A DNA stretch of 64,000 nt from Eutreptiella sp. 'Long Island Sound 2002' (Eukaryota > Protista > Euglenida). The position numbers and the translations under genes are program-made. Each line of letters starts with the position of its first letter. The first letter of the stretch is position 1. Where the stretch lies: assembly GCA_964036045.1 (NCBI GenBank), contig OZ038378.1:16306001-16370000 (forward strand), written 5' to 3'. This document shows positions 24,782 to 36,745 of this stretch, in pieces. The notes under the pieces were generated by a model. The model searched no databases. It saw nothing but the letters and a program-made list of their open reading frames with translations, and was not told the DNA's origin.

Positions 24782-25843
24782 CTGCCACAAGAGTGGGGAT
24801 AGGAGGATTTGCGAATGATGCCCAACCGTGTGTCAATGATGATCATACACACAAGCTCAGGAAGCGAGGATTCAGGCAGCACCAAGGGAGGCAGACAGGG
24901 GCAGGAGCAGATATGGACAAGGACTAGGCCAGGGCAAAGGCAATGGCAACAGTGAAACTGAAGGCAATGCAGGGACAACGGCAGGGGCAAGTCAAGCGTG
25001 GTGGTGGTATGGGTGGTGGTATGGGTGGTGGTATGGGTGGTGGTATGGGTGATGGTATGGGTGGTCAATCAAAGGCCAAACGATTGTGTAGTTGTCAACC
25101 CGCCCCATACAAAGGTCAGCATTAGTGATGAGTCACCAGGGCGTCGTGCTCCGTTGGGAACGACGCTGATATGGTTCTGGAATTATCCAGTGTCTGCTGG
25201 TTGCATAGGTGCTTATCCGTAAGAACCCGATGAGCATGCAATGGCACCAATGAAGATTACAATTGCGGTTGTACGAAGCTGTGGTGTTAACCCTCTCCTT
25301 GGTAATCCTCAGAACAATGCTGGTTACCCTGGCATGGGTCCTCCAAGGCAACGAGGATGCTTTGGGTCTTGTCTGCCCTGCAGTACTACACAGCCCCATT
25401 TTGCCACCTCGAAACCGCGCCCACCCTGCATTTTTCGCCATGGACATCTCAGAAAACAATACACCCCCCAATTTCCGACGTCCCACGCGGCACCCCTTCA
25501 TTTTCCAACCTTCCATTTGGCAGACAACATCGCCACACCCCCAATTTTGCCATCTTAAGGGCTAGAGTGAATGGGAGTGTTCTGGTTCAAGGGCCAGGGA
25601 TCTCTTCTTCTCAAGAAAAAAATTTGTACAAAAAAATACCCTTTTGCATGCCTCCTTTGTGCCCGAACAGGTACCTGTGGTTTCTGTGCTCTCCGTCTCT
25701 TGTGCATAGTCTTCTTGTGTGGTGTTCAGGGAGGGGGCTCTCAAGCCCTTGGAATGGCATGTTTTACAGCTGCAACTTTCAACCGCCACTTTGTTTGCCT
25801 GGAATGGTGGCCTGTGGTGAGATACTGATGTGTGTTTGGCAGT

Positions 25844-25951
25844 CTGGTGGTGATATGCAACTGGCGTCATGCTGTGACTCCCTCAGCCACTTGAATCCTG
25901 GTGGTGATATGCAACTGGCGTCATGCTGTGACTCCCTCAGCCACTTGAATC
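25844..25951. repeat. Perfect 54-bp tandem duplication
   Basis: ctggtggtgatatgcaactggcgtcatgctgtgactccctcagccacttgaatc occurs twice in tandem. Confidence 0.95.
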
Positions 25952-26216
25952 GCAAGTTCAAACAAGTTCAACATTTGAAACTAGTTGGCAAGCTTCAGAG
26001 GATAACTGTCTCAAGGCGGTGAAATTGCACAACATTTCTCAAAACTGTCAGGAGAATAGCTTGCAACCTTGGTCTATGACCCAAAGGTTTGGCAATTTTG
26101 GTACCCCAAAACTTGATTTCGCCCCTGCCGAATATGTTGAGTGGGGCCGGCGTTGGAGAAGGAATGAAGGGCCCTCCTCCAAAAATTTTCTTTCCAAAGC
26201 ACCTAAAGCCACACAC

Positions 26217-26470
26217 CTGCGGCGCACGTACCCATTGCGGTAGTAGACCAGAAGGGGGGAGGCCCGTACGACACACAAATACATCCGAAGATCAAACTTG
26301 CAGCCACTGAGCAGCAGCGGCCGCATGATGTACTCCTGCACAATGCCCTCGGTCTTGGTGTCCAGGGCCTGCGGTTCCTGCACCATAAAAATCCCGCGGC
26401 CACAGCACCCAGCAGCAGGTTTGCAGATCCAGAGCAGGTCGGGCTTCTGACCGGCGTGCAGCAGGAATTC
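26217..26470 (-). CDS. TTLL10: TTLL10-like glycylase, exon
   Basis: Encodes EFLLHAGQKPDLLWICKPAAGCCGRGIF...VQEYIMRPLLLSGCKFDLRMY...GYVRR, the core ATP-grasp TTL motifs. AG/GT-bounded, 254 nt. Confidence 0.95.
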
Positions 26471-27889
26471 CTGGTGGCGTAACAGGCGTGAGGGCACAGG
26501 GGGGGTTGGGGGGCAGGGCTGCAGGACAGAGCTGACGGGCATTGCCCGGGACACGGGTGCGCCATATTAAACGCCAGCAAACAGGGTGTGCGAGAACGAG
26601 ACGAAAGGACTGTCACTGGCACTCCCCGTTTCAAAGAAACAGTCTGTGCTCGGGGGAGGCGGGTCGCAGGGCCTCCTCAGGCACCGGGGCACCCAGGACC
26701 AGCACAGGGCAAGGTGGCCCCGGCCGTGTGCGGTGAATGCGCAGTCCCCTCCCCGCGCCCTTAGGCCGGGGGCCCAGGGGGGGCGACTCCTCAGTTCTGG
26801 ACACCAACTACCCCCCCAATAACTGTTGGCCGGAGTGGCCCAACTGGAAAGGGGCCAGTCCATATCCCCAACCCCAACAATCGAGGAGCATAAGCACAGG
26901 ATGAACGCACAATGTAACCACCGGCGTTTGCCCCTGCAGGACCGCCACATCGAGCCGGGGCTGAGCTCGAGGGCGGGGTCTTCAATGATCAACAAACGAC
27001 ATTTGTCTCGCGCCTCGTCTTGCCTGATCCGGCGCTCAAAGCATTGTTACACAGCCCCGTAGGTTTCCTTTAGGTTAGTTGAGCATATTCTCACATATGG
27101 TTCTGGTGCCTGTGGACCATCGGATGCCTTCAACGCCCTTGGACTCCTCAGGCCGGTACCTTTGACAACTGTTGGCCGGAGGCCCCCTGGGGGGGGGGGG
27201 GGGGTAGTTGGTGTCCTAAGACCTGCAGAGCCCCCCCCCCCCCCCTCCGCCAGGGCCGGGAGGTGCGTAGAACCGCTGAACGGCTCCGCCCATGGACCTA
27301 CACTTTCCCTCACGGTTGAGGAAAGAAAACGACCTCGATCAACGAAAGCACATTCAACAACTTCTGTGGGAGGCCGCCCACCCACCCAGACCCCCCCTAC
27401 CCCCGCCGTAGGGGGCGGGGGCAGTGCTGGGATGTACCCAGCAAAAATTCCAATTCTGCACTCACCTGGGAGGCACGCATATTTTGGAAAGGAGAGGCCC
27501 CTCAACCATACTGTATCAAAAGCAGCACTACTGTCGCCAGGACCCATGACCCTGCCTGATTTCAGAAATTAAATCCGGAGGGTCTTTGGAAGGCATGTTC
27601 TGCAAAATGACACAACATGCAGAACAAATGATGGGGCATTCTATTCACCTATTGTTGCTGGCCTGAAACCTACCCACCCATCCATCCAAACACTCCTCCC
27701 CCCCTGGGTCCAAACTGCCCAAAACCAAACTGACCCACCCACCCACAGGCCACAGACCCCCCTTTGCCCAGTGGGGTGGGACCCACCTTAAGCAAAGGTC
27801 CGATCCCGATGCTCTTGTTGTCATTCCTGACAACAGTAACAAGCGATAAACAGGAGGGCAGAGAAGGGACACGAGGAACCAACAGGCAC

Positions 27890-28200
27890 AGGAGAAGTGC
27901 GAGAGGTCCTATGCTGGCCAAAATTGTGTCACTCATGGCCCTTGGGACCGCATGAAAGAGAAGAAAACACCAAATTGATCGCGGTTTTTGAGGGCGTTAC
28001 CTCCTTGGCAGCGATGCCTCCCCCTCTGCTCACAGGCGAAAATCAACTTTTATACCAGAAATGTTGTGCCATTTGTTACACAGACCCTTGGGTCTCAGAC
28101 CCCCCTCTACCTGCCCCGCTCTAAGGTGCCCCTGCTCCCTGATTCCCGCAAATATTTGGATCTCTTGTCGGCACAAGATATGCTTCAGTGACCCCTGGAA
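27890..28200 (+). pseudogene. Possible second LINE RT fragment
   Basis: LLPDSRKYLDL resembles the DxxKYFD motif. The region is heavily decayed. Confidence 0.3.
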
Positions 28201-29522
28201 TCAAAAGCACACGATGAAGTTGTTGCTGTTCTGTCTGTGGTCGTCCTACGTTTGCCAAACCGCTGATCGCACACGTTGTTGAACTGCGTCAGCAAGGCAC
28301 CCTCAGTATGACGGCCGTTCCATTGAGAAGTGAACCAGATGAATACCAGATGGAGTACCCTTCGGATTTACACCACTGCACGTGCGTCTCTCAACGTCTC
28401 GCATTCTACTTGTTCTTTGCAAACCGTCAGCTTCAACATGCAGTGAGGCGGGAAAGGCGCAGGGGAACGGAGGAGTGGGGGGGGGGGAGGTTGCGGTGTA
28501 ATGGGGCCACATGGAATCCAGACCGGTGCTCGCCCGATCCCGATCAGGGCCCCACCGAATTGCGCTTCATCTGTTGCTGCCCCAAAACCAACGGCACACG
28601 ATGTATGACAGACTTCGCCTGGCGTGGATACGAGATTTGAGTGAGCAAGTGGCTGAGTGAGTGAGTGAGTGAGTGAGTGAGTGAGTGAGTGCGAGCGTGT
28701 GTGTTTGCAATTACAAAGATGTCTGATTGTCCTGTCGTTGTCATACTGTCAGCATGTATTTCCCTTGTGTTTCATGCAGGTGCCTGAGGGCCTCCGGCGC
28801 TTCTGTCCCTTTCTTTTGCTACACTGTGAGTCCGTCAGTAACCACGAGTACTACAGGCCACCACCGTGACTACCACCACACTCGATGCCACGTTCGTCCG
28901 AAATAAAATTCTGCCAAACTTCATGGGAGTACATAGGATTTGGCGTCTTCATCCGTGTGAGTGTGTGCATGGGCATGTTGTTCTTGACCCCCGCCAAATT
29001 CCTCCTGGACACCTGCCGCCACCTGCTGCGCATTCGCTCCTGAATATCCCCATCTACGACAAATCATTCCCCATTTGGGCGGTGGATGCAAACGTGGAGT
29101 AGGCAACGAACGGTGTCGGCGCCATGCAGTGGTGCCCCCGTGATATGACGGATGACTGTGGGGGGTTCCAGCGCTTGCGGGGTTTGAAAGAATGACACAC
29201 GCTGACGCACAAGAGGGCAGGTGCCGGGATGGGGCTGCTGGAGGCAGGTGGTGTTCGGAATAGGAGTGGCTGTTTCGGATTTGTAAGTGCAATCGCCCTG
29301 AATGTCAGTCAGCGCGGGGGCGTCGGGTTCCCACCTCCCAACAGCCGCCGCGGGCCACCCAGAGGGCGTGGAATGGCCCCACAGCTCACCACGGTAGCTA
29401 ATGCCCCCGTGGCGTCCCCTCCCGTGCTGGCACCCGCAGCCTCAGGCGCAGCCATGACCATGACCGCGAAAATCGGAGGGTGCTCTCCACAATCGTCTCT
29501 TTCGTCGGTGGCCAGGGCACAC

Positions 29523-29762
29523 CTTCCGCTCCTCCGGCAGCAAATAAGTCATGGGATACCACGGGGGCGGGAACTGAGGACCGTACAAGTCGCGCAGTGT
29601 CGCCAGGAAGCCCGTCTTGGTATTGATGCGCCAGCCCCCCACGCGGTTGATGAGCGTGTTCAGGATCAACGGGTTTTCCGTGGCGTGGTCGGCGAAGTGA
29701 ATGAGCCGGCCCGAGTCCTCCCAGCGAAGCCCCACCTGCGTCTTCCGCCAGTCCCTTGTGAC
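29523..29762 (-). CDS. TTLL10: TTLL10-like glycylase, exon
   Basis: Encodes VTRDWRKTQVGLRWED...INRVGGWRINTKTGFLATLRDLY...WYPMTYLLPEERK. 240 nt, phase 0/0, and it joins EFLLH directly. Confidence 0.9.
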
Positions 29763-29959
29763 CTGCGCCGAAGTCCAGATGCAACAGAGTCATTTGCTTA
29801 GCAACAGCCGGGGGGGGGGGGGGGACCCAACAAAACCCCCAAAAATTTTTCTCCAGGGAAAAATGAAATTGTGAATGGAGAGCCAAAAATTAGAGGCCCA
29901 TTTTAGGTCCATAAACCTTTTTTTGCCCTCATGCCCCCCCCCCCCCCCCTGTGTGACAT

Positions 29960-30320
29960 TCCGTCAGGTTGCAGTTTCTTCACGCGGCCCTGGACAGTCA
30001 CCCGTTCTTCCCTCCGCGTGCTGCGTCGGGTCATTGCGTTCTGACGGCCGCTGTGGTCTGCGTTCCTTGTGGTGTCGTTTCCCCGTCAGCGGAGCCCAGT
30101 AGTTGGCGCGCTGGGGTTGTGCTGGTTGCTGCAGGGTCGTTTTACGGTTTGTGCTGCCCAGTCTCCTCCGCATCCAGGTCGTCCACCACATGTCTCGCCA
30201 CGTTTCCGTGTGCGTGGGGCCCAACTGTTCCACCCACCCATCCACGTGTTGTCCTGGTCACCCCTTCGGTGGGGTAGACCCCAACGTAAGCAAATGAACA
30301 GGCCACAGATCTGTTGAACA
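29960..30320 (-). repeat. Dispersed repeat; another copy lies inverted at about 62560-62915
   Basis: Both loci translate to QPAQPQ..NYWAPLT.KRH...RPQRP.E..DPTQHA.GRTGDCPGPR. Confidence 0.85.
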
Positions 30321-31579
30321 CACCGTTGGCTACAAATGGAACCCGTTCCGAACAGTGACCGCCTCCTCGATACCCCAAGTGCGGAACTGACGGAGCCCGC
30401 CCAGATGACGGCACAGGGAGTACACTCCACCAGAAACACCACGGGCACAGTGCTGGGCCATGCAGCGCAGCACCGATGGGTCACACTTGGTGACCCGGGC
30501 CCTTGGCTTGTGTTACACTTTCCACATCATTTTCTGGCGGAGAGCACCCTCCGAGCTTTGCGGTCGTGGGGATGTGCAAACAGCGCCAGCAGGGGAGTGG
30601 ACGGCCGCGGGGCAGTGATGCTGCAATCGTGAGCAGTGGGTCAGCCACTCCCTCTGACGCACCCAACGGCACCCCCATCCCCCAATCCGGTTTTGTGAGT
30701 GGAGGTTGATGTGATTGCAGCATGACTGCCCCCCTGGTGTCCACTCAGCCATTCCCATCACCGTGACTCTTGGACGGTGCTCTCCACTACAAATGACGTG
30801 GTAAGGCCAGGGAGTTAATGATCACCAAGAGTTACACCTCAGTGGTGCGCTGCATCCCTCGGCGGTTTGTCTGCAATGGGGGAGTGTTTGCCATAAAAGC
30901 GAAGTCAGTGGGCCGGTTGATACTTCCGGTGTACGCACTGGTGTGAGTTCTCAGGAAGAAATTGGGAAAAGTACTCTTGGTAGGTGAGATTGGGGCAGTT
31001 GTCCCTCTGCTCACAGGTGCTGCTGCTGCCCCTTTGGCGTCCCTCCCAAGCCGCCGCCGGCCTGCTTCACATTCAGTCATTCCCATGACAGTTTGGAAGG
31101 TGCTCACCACCACCGATGTGGGGAATGTAACACAGGACCAGGGGTCCCGCACTAAGTGTCACCCATCGCATCACCAAGTGGTACCCATTCGTGGTGTGCA
31201 GCATTTCCAGGCATTTTGCCATAGGTTTGCGAACGGCGTGGGGGGCGATGGCATGTTCTTGGGCGATGTGAATGGTGGGGGCCTGCAGTGGATATTCTTC
31301 GCGGGTATTGGAGGAATCTGAGATGGCCCGGATTCAATCAGCCAAACAGATCATCTTCGTAGAAGAAGGCCGTGGTTCTGCTTGCCGGGCTGCTCCGGTT
31401 CCTGGGACTCACTGTGCCGAGCAAACAGAGGTATCACAATGCACAGGTGGGTGTATGGCGTGTTCAATGCAGCGCGCACCGCGATACCCGACGGTTGGAA
31501 GGGTGCGTGCATACGTGCCTCAGCGGGACCAATTCCTTACCAGGTGAGCGCAACGACAGGAGTATTGCAGGACGCATAC

Positions 31580-31680
31580 CTTGACAAAGCCTCTGTCCTG
31601 CAACGCCCGGGAAATCACTTGCGGGTTATTGGTGGCATGCATTGTGTAGCGCCGAGGGAACACGCTCCACGCAGGACTGT
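31580..31680 (-). CDS. TTLL10: TTLL10-like glycylase, exon
   Basis: ttctag|(D)SPAWSVFPRRYTMHATNNPQVISRALQDRGFVK|gtatgc. It joins VTRDW in frame, giving the TTL N-terminal ALxxRG motif. Confidence 0.8.
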
Positions 31681-32394
31681 CTAGAAATTGGAGGAAGCCA
31701 GGGAGGGAGGGAGGGAGGGAGAGAATGAGGGCAGCGGTGGGTGGACGGATGGAGGGGATACACTACAGCGTTGTTTGGCGTGCTACACCGCCTTCCCAGG
31801 GTCTGCGACCAGCAGTGCGACAAGAAAGGCGTGCACCACAGGCACATACATGATTCAGAATCTCAAATGCAGATTGGCAACGGGCGGGCATGCCAAATGG
31901 GCAGACATTCACCACAGATTCCGAGCAATGTGCCATCCAGTGTGTTCGGGAAAACTTAAAACCAGCAGTAGTGGCAGGTACGTGACAGCCATGCCAAGTG
32001 CATCAAAGTGGCCATCGCTGAAAGTCAGAACATTTGGAAGTACGTGCTGTCAAGGGCACCCTGTTGTTCTCAGCACCAAATCTTCTGACACACATGACCG
32101 AGCCCCTCTTTCCCAATGCAAGTGGCTCGCATGCGTGTCATCGCACATCCATCACCACGAAAAATGCGGTCTAGAAAGATGAACGTCAGACGGGACTGCC
32201 ATCAGACGATGCGCAAGGACGGTACTAGCGCAAGGAGGGGGGGGGGGGGGGGTGCAAGCAAAAAAGATTTCCCATCCATCCCCATGAACATAGTGTTGAA
32301 TGCATTCTTCTTCAGGTTGAAGAGAGGCCCCGGATCCCTGAGCAGTGAGGGTCATCTCCCCAATCTTTCCCTCCTCCCTTGTTCACGCGTTCAC

Positions 32395-32472
32395 CTGCAT
32401 CGACGTACGGTTCGAACTGCGAAAGATCTGCGGGGTCCGCCAGTGCTTCTCCATCACGGTCGACGCCGTCAT
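32395..32472 (-). CDS. Probable upstream exon of the TTLL10-like gene
   Basis: gttcag|...|gtgaac, 78 nt, open in phase 1/1 as DDGVDRDGEALADPADLSQFEPYVDA. No conserved motif. Confidence 0.55.
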
Positions 32473-32580
32473 CTGAACAGAGCACATGACACACTCACGC
32501 CCACGCAATAATCACACGCACACCTCCCAATGACGGCACCTAGGTGGTGGGTTTGGTCCGCTGGGTCTGAGACGGGTTAC

Positions 32581-32772
32581 CGCAGCAAATGCATCTGGGA
32601 ACATTTCTGCAATAGCGTTGTCTGCGACGAGAAAATCGGAAAGCGCGTCTCAAAGCTGGAGGTGGAATGTACGCACCGCACGAGCGCCAGTCGCAGGTGC
32701 GACAAAATTCGCGCGTGCACATGTCGCACATCACAGATGAAGGAGTCAGTCTCGCATATTTCATGTCTCGTG
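32581..32772 (-). CDS. Candidate Cys-rich upstream exon of the TTLL10-like gene
   Basis: ttcacag|...|gtaacc, 192 nt, phase 1/1, encoding VMCDMCTREFCRTCDW...CRNVPRCICC. A second frame is also open. Confidence 0.35.
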
Positions 32773-33922
32773 CTGTGAAACCAATCCGAATCACAACAAA
32801 CCCAGGCATATGCTGATGCCCATGAAATGCTGCCCAGCCTCTCAAATCTCCATATAATGAGCAGAGGGTGCACCTCCAAGTCTCAGGCCTAAGCCATCAA
32901 CACACCGGGCAGCGTACAAGAGCGCTCAACAGCAGTGCACATGGCTTTCTGGAGGCAAATTCCATGTTCACTGATGAGAAGAAGTGTCTGTGATCTTTTT
33001 TTGTTGGACGCGCACTCATTTAATATACGTCGCATCGCATGCGTCGTCGCACAGACCCTCTGACTCTCAGGCACAGCTGATCCGCCGTTGGATGGTGTTT
33101 TGAGCTGTGCCACACTTGCAGTATATTGCAGGTGCTCCATGGTCCATGAAATTTGTTGGATGCAGTGTGTCCGATTCCAGATTTGGGGGGTGGGTGCACA
33201 GCTCGCACAATGAGGGCAACAAATTTGCGGCTCAAAGAGGAAAAGGGAGAGCGCCAGGAGTCAACGTTGCTGTTGGTGGCAGTGTCCTTTGTGCTGTTCT
33301 TTACGGTCTTGTTCAGAGTTACGAGGCATCCAGACACCGTGGGGTTGGCACTTGCAGCCTGTCCTGCCCCTCCGCATTCCAACTCCACATGAGAGCACGG
33401 GTTGGCCTTGGCGATGGTGTTGCAAAGATGATGCAGTGATTCGTGTGCTTAATTGGCGCATGGTTTGCAGTCGGCAATCGGGAGAGAGGCGCAGGACATA
33501 GGGTGGAGGGGTATGAGGCGTAGAGGCACCGGGGCACCAAGTAGGAGAGCATATCAACCATGAAGATCTCGGGGAGACTTAGGGGAAAGGGAACGAATTC
33601 ACAAACAAAGCTTCGTCAGCAGAAATGCATCTCTGGATGGGCTGCAGTGACATGATAACAGTGCACAGTGCGCTGGCTATGCTGGCACAGGTCACAGGTT
33701 ACGTCTGGGTATCGTGTCCTGCTCGGGCTCGGCATGCACACACACACACACACACACACATGTGTATCTCCCTGAACATGTCACGGACACCGCGGCACAG
33801 CCCTCCAGAGACTCGTCGCATTTGGGGAGAGGTTGAGGGAAAAGAGTCACACGGACTAGTCACAGCATGAAACAAATGATCAATGACCTAACCCTAACCT
33901 GGCTCGTGGTGCACAACAATAC

Positions 33923-34200
33923 CTGATGTCAGGGCTTCTCGCCTTTGCAAAGCTGGTGCAGCGGCATCATGCGTGTGCCCTCTCTGATCACCCATCTTCA
34001 CAGTCTGGGCATCCACCCGCAATGCCCATTCCCTCGCACTGCTACCGGCCACCACGAGGGACGCAGATGAGGGAGGGCTCGCTGACCTCTCCCGTGTGAG
34101 CCCCGAAGACCACAGTCGGCACCCATCGCCCGCTAGCAGCGCTATACTACTCAGACATGGGGCTTCATTGGGCAATGCCCCAGCGACGAGGCTAGAGATA
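33923..34200 (-). CDS. Candidate 5' exon of the TTLL10-like gene (start uncertain)
   Basis: An open frame ends ...LQRREALTS at a phase-1 donor (tcag|gtattg) compatible with the downstream exons. The start codon is not resolved. Confidence 0.3.
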
Positions 34201-34754
34201 TGCCCCTGGGTCTGCTGGGCTGGAGTTTTCTTCCCTCGTGAGGGAAGGGTGGGCAGCAAAAGGGGCAAGGTCGGCATGCATGACAAGCACTGAAAGTGAG
34301 GAGAACAAAGACACACCGGACCTAGTGCCGGTGCATGTTGGGCGGGCCGGGGGGGGTGGCCAGCCTACGAGACAGACCACGGTACGCAACTGTTCCAAAT
34401 CAATGGGAAGGGCCATTGTCATCACATACATAGTTCACCATGTGGGTGTGGAGGGGTGCGAATGACACTAACCGTCCAATCTCGCTGCCGTAGCACTTTT
34501 CGATGCGGTGCAAGACTTGGAAATGGGCCAAGCGCCTCATGACAAAAACTGGTCTTCACAAGAGCGACCTTCCTCCCCGTTTGTGGTGGTGCTAGATGTG
34601 CAATTGCACGAAGACAATGATGCGTTGTGTGCATGACCACAAACAACAGGGGATATTGCTCGGTGGACCTGGGCCACGTCGTACGCAATAACTTGCGAAG
34701 TGCTCAAAAGGGAGGTAGTGGTGCTATTGGCCGGCACATAGGAGACTGGGCAAT

Positions 34755-35760
34755 CCGATCCGCGGCGGATCGGAGGTCCGGGAAACCCCCCCCCCCAAAG
34801 GATCGGCGCGGATCGTGGATCGGAGGTCCGGCAACCCCCCCCCCCTTGTTGCCTAGGGGTGCAGATCAAAAATTTCAAAAACCACCAAAACCAGCCAAAA
34901 CACATGGGTCGAAGGCATGGAAGGCATAGCAAGCAAACACAACACCAAAACAGGGGTATTTGGGATAACCTTGGAAAACCCTGCTAGTTGAATGGGGAAA
35001 AAAAGGGACCCACTGTACAAACACTGTACATGTTAGTTTGGAGTACTCACCTTTCCTTGGTGTTTTAGTTTTGATTTTGTGGGAATAGGGTTAGTGCGAG
35101 GCATTCGCCCGATTCCGTTGTTCATTTCCTAGTGGCAAAATCGATCCCGTCGAAGGCGGGGTCACAATACTCATATCTATCTGACATGCCCAACCTTGAA
35201 AGAAATGACGCCCGGTGTTTAGTTTCGACCCGGAAGCACAAAGCAAAAAATCATCCACAAAAAGCTTGTTAAAAAATTGTGCAAAGTGCATGTGGTGTTA
35301 TGGAGTACTATGCAAAAACGATCCACACATGCTTCTTGAGGTAACATGTAACAACAAAGCAAAAATCGATCCACTAAATGCTCATTAAAAAATTGTACAA
35401 AGTGTAGTATGCAAGCACAAAGGCAAAAACGATCCACAAAATGCTTCTAAATAATTGTTCAAAGTGCATCGGCTATTGTGGTGTAGAATGCAAGCACAAA
35501 GCAAAAAATCATCCACGCATGCCTCTTGATTGAAATTTGTTTTTCAAATTTCTGTACCATGAACAATTTATGTTGCAAGTTCAGTTCAATTGGCAACCTG
35601 TCTCCTCACTATCCCTTGACCGTGGAAATAGATCGGACCGTGGATCGTACCATGGATCGTGGATCGAAGCTCAAGAAAACCCCCCCCGCCCCCCCCCCCC
35701 CCCCCAAAAGATCGGCGCGGATCGTGGATCAGAGCTCAAGAAAACCCCCCACCCCCCCCC
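34755..35760. repeat. Repeat cluster: cggatcgtggatc/C-tract repeats (34755-34850, 35630-35760) around a degenerate minisatellite of about 60 bp (35235-35520)
   Basis: Repeated aaagatcggcgcggatcgtggatc, and several copies of caaagcaaaaa..atccac. Confidence 0.7.
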
Positions 35761-36654
35761 CTGTTGCCCAGTCTCCATAGTTGCAAACGCAAGATTGTAC
35801 ACAATGCAAAGCAAAGGCTCAACGGGTCTTTGATAACCGGAAAAAATAAAGACACGCAAAAACGCATGTGGGTTGTTTCTCCCAATTTGGGCCAAATAGA
35901 CTCATTTGCTGTGCCAAGGGCCGCTAATACTGGCCCATCCTCTAGTGGATATCACCAATGAGACTGGGATGCTCGACGGCTCAATATCAGCTCATCGCTT
36001 CGTGCATCTGTGGATCTTAGGCAATCTTGTGCACATGGTCATAGGCCGTAGAATTGGGGGTATGGGCAAAGAAAAGGCTTTGCGAAACAGGCATACAAAA
36101 CAATGCATGTATCTATGGAGCCAACTCCAAAATCTTCAGCTTCACCAAAACAAGGGTAAACCCTTGCCAAGTCCATGCCAGGCATTGTTTGTAAGAGGGG
36201 TGGGGGTATTTTGGACGAGACCCACCCACCCGGCTCTGGACCCACCCACCTGACTTCGGACCCACGCGGACCCCCCCCCCCCCTTACAATTCTGTGGGGG
36301 GAGCATTTTTTGGAAGTTAAATGGAAGCCAAGGCGCTCTCCCGGGTTAGGCATCTAGCCCCAAAAGGTGACGTATAAAGTAATCGATGCTGCAGTAGAGG
36401 CCAAAAAATGTACGGCCCCGCCGGTGGCTTCGTGTCGTGTTCATATTTGTGGACCGGTCTCCGGTCTGCCCCGGGGAAATATTTTAGGCGGGCCCCCAGG
36501 GTTGCCCTATCCCTTCCCGTGTCCTTCCCTAGCCTTTCGTAGCCTTTTTGGGGGGGGGGTTTATGGTTGTCTGATTTCTTTTCTTTTTACTTTTTTTTGT
36601 TTTTTTTTCTTTTTGGTTTTTCTTGTCCTATGCCCTAATCCTGTACCTCCTGGT

Positions 36655-36745
36655 GCTGCAGCTGCTTGCTGCTGCTGCTGCTGCTGCTGTTGCTGCTATT
36701 GTTGCTACTGTTGCTACTGCTGCTGCCACTGTCGCTGCTGCTGGT
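36655..36745. repeat. (GCT)n-type microsatellite
   Basis: Directly visible run. Confidence 0.9.

Noticed and set aside
33887-33900. Short CCCTAA-like run
   Set aside because: Only about two units, too short to call an interstitial telomere.
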